Assembly: GCA_040005235.1 (NCBI GenBank) | Contig: JBDTZG010000098.1 | Location: 1-15,149, forward strand | From: Acidobacteriota bacterium | GTDB lineage: Bacteria > Acidobacteriota > Thermoanaerobaculia > Multivoradales > UBA5704 | Reading direction: 5' to 3' | Length of the DNA stretch: 15,149 bases | Part shown: positions 14,079-15,149 of the stretch, piece by piece | Layout of the letters: each line of letters opens with the position of its first letter | Position numbering within the stretch: the stretch's first letter is position 1 | Program-made: the position numbers and the translations under genes | The notes under the pieces: generated by a model | Databases searched by the model: none | What the model saw: only the letters and a program-made list of their open reading frames with translations | Told to the model about the DNA's origin: nothing

Positions 14079-15149
14079 TCAACCGGGTTCTATCGCGTCG
14101 GGCTCTATCGCGGCGAGCTCCCTCGCCTCTCCCGGGCTCAGCATCTCGACCAGCCGGCGCGCCAAGACCGGCCCGACCGCCGCCTCCAGCTCCGAGAACG
14201 GTGCGCGCTTCACCCCTTCCAGGCTGCCGAAGCGCGTGAGCAGCAGCTTCCGCCGTCGCGGACCGATGCCGGGGAGATCGTCGAGCCGGCTCCTCAGGCG
14301 ATTCGCCGAGCGGCGGGCACGATGCCGCGAGACGGCGAAGCGGTGCGCCTCGTCGCGGATCTGTTGCAGCAGCTGAAGGCCCGCGTCGTCCCGCGGCAGG
14401 CGAAGCGGCTCGGGCAGCTCGGGAAGGTAGACCTCCTCCTCGCGCTTCGCGAGGCCCAAGATCGGCGTGTCCTCGACCCCCAGGATCGCCAGCGCTTCGA
14501 GCGCCGAGTTCAGCTGGCCGCGCCCGCCATCGATCAGGATCAGATCGGGCATCGCCCCCACCTCTTCGAGGACCCGGCGGTAGCGCCGCTCGACCACTTC
14601 CCGCATCGAAGCGAAATCGTCCGGACCGGTGACGCTCTTGATGTTGAAGATCCGATACTCCCCCTTACGCATCTTCCCCTCTTCCCAGACGACCATCGAG
14701 GCGACCGTCTCGCCCCCTTGGAAGTGGGAGATGTCGAACCCCTCGATCCGCCGCGGCGGATCGGCCAGCTCCAGATGCTTTTCGAGCGCCATGGCGCCCG
14801 GAGCGACCGCCCCGGTGCGAAATCGTCGGCGGTGCGCTGCTTGGGCGTTGTGGCTGGCGAGCGCCATCCGTTCCGCCTTTGGTCCGCGGGTGGGCAGGCG
14901 CAGGTAGACCCGCTCGCCCTTCCGCTCCGAGAGCCAGTCGAGCAGCACCTCTTCCCCTTCGATCGGCGCCGGCAGGTGGATCTCCTTCGGCACGAACGTC
15001 GTCCGGTCGTAGACCTGCGGCAGCAGCTCGGAGAGCAGCGCCTCCGGCGTGATCTGGCCGACGTTTTCCCAGAACAGCTCGCGCCGATCGAGCACCTGGC
15101 CGCCGCGCATCACCAGGATCGCCACCGCGGCGTTGCCGCCCGAGACGTG
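14079..15149 (-). CDS. uvrC: Excinuclease ABC subunit C, C-terminal part (gene begins beyond the right edge)
   Basis: RIEGFDISHFQG, VASMVVW, DDFASMREVVERRY, PDLILIDGGRGQL, GLAKREE, QIRDEAHRFA, HhH motif LPGIGPRRRKLLLTRFGSL; frame is open to base 15149. Confidence 0.97.
   Translation of the reverse strand, partial: HVSGGNAAVAILVMRGGQVLDRRELFWENVGQITPEALLSELLPQVYDRTTFVPKEIHLPAPIEGEEVLLDWLSERKGERVYLRLPTRGPKAERMALASHNAQAAHRRRFRTGAVAPGAMALEKHLELADPPRRIEGFDISHFQGGETVASMVVWEEGKMRKGEYRIFNIKSVTGPDDFASMREVVERRYRRVLEEVGAMPDLILIDGGRGQLNSALEALAILGVEDTPILGLAKREEEVYLPELPEPLRLPRDDAGLQLLQQIRDEAHRFAVSRHRARRSANRLRSRLDDLPGIGPRRRKLLLTRFGSLEGVKRAPFSELEAAVGPVLARRLVEMLSPGEARELAAIEPDAIEPG

Noticed and set aside
14083-14112. 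15-bp imperfect tandem repeat at the uvrC 3' end (AIEPD/AIEPG)
   Set aside because: Two-copy micro-duplication in a variable C-terminal tail; no sign of function.
1-15149. Frequent CGATCG/GATC words as a HIP1-like repeat; CRISPR, tRNA, rRNA or IS elements
   Set aside because: CGATCG is plausibly explained by ATC/GAT/TCG codon usage in GC-rich genes (enrichment not computed). No spaced repeats, RNA gene signatures, transposases or terminal inverted repeats were seen.

Overview
GC-rich, gene-dense bacterial chromosomal segment. The gene mix is compatible with Acidobacteriota or a similar lineage, but that is only an impression. In order: a partial exported cupredoxin-like gene; a DEAH/DUF1998 helicase (MrfA/YprA/Hrq1 type) fused to a C-terminal DEDDy exonuclease (MrfB/YprB type); a membrane-anchored HEXXH metallopeptidase; two tandem paralogous lipoprotein sulfatase-like genes; rpiB coupled to an atypical murB; a Phd-VapC toxin-antitoxin pair followed by a Sel1-repeat remnant; a DinB-family gene; an operon of a YtcJ-like amidohydrolase and a pcm gene, both with apparent signal peptides; a lone TldE/PmbA-like gene; and the 3' part of uvrC. 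I found no rRNA, tRNA, CRISPR array, IS or prophage, and no clearly new multi-gene system. The best leads are enzymes with altered catalytic motifs (MurB without the FGYR arginine, sulfatase-like pair without CxPxR, Pcm with a signal peptide), the helicase-exonuclease fusion, the Sel1 relic, and a palindromic -10 element that may act in both directions. All family calls come from motif recognition by eye, not database searches.
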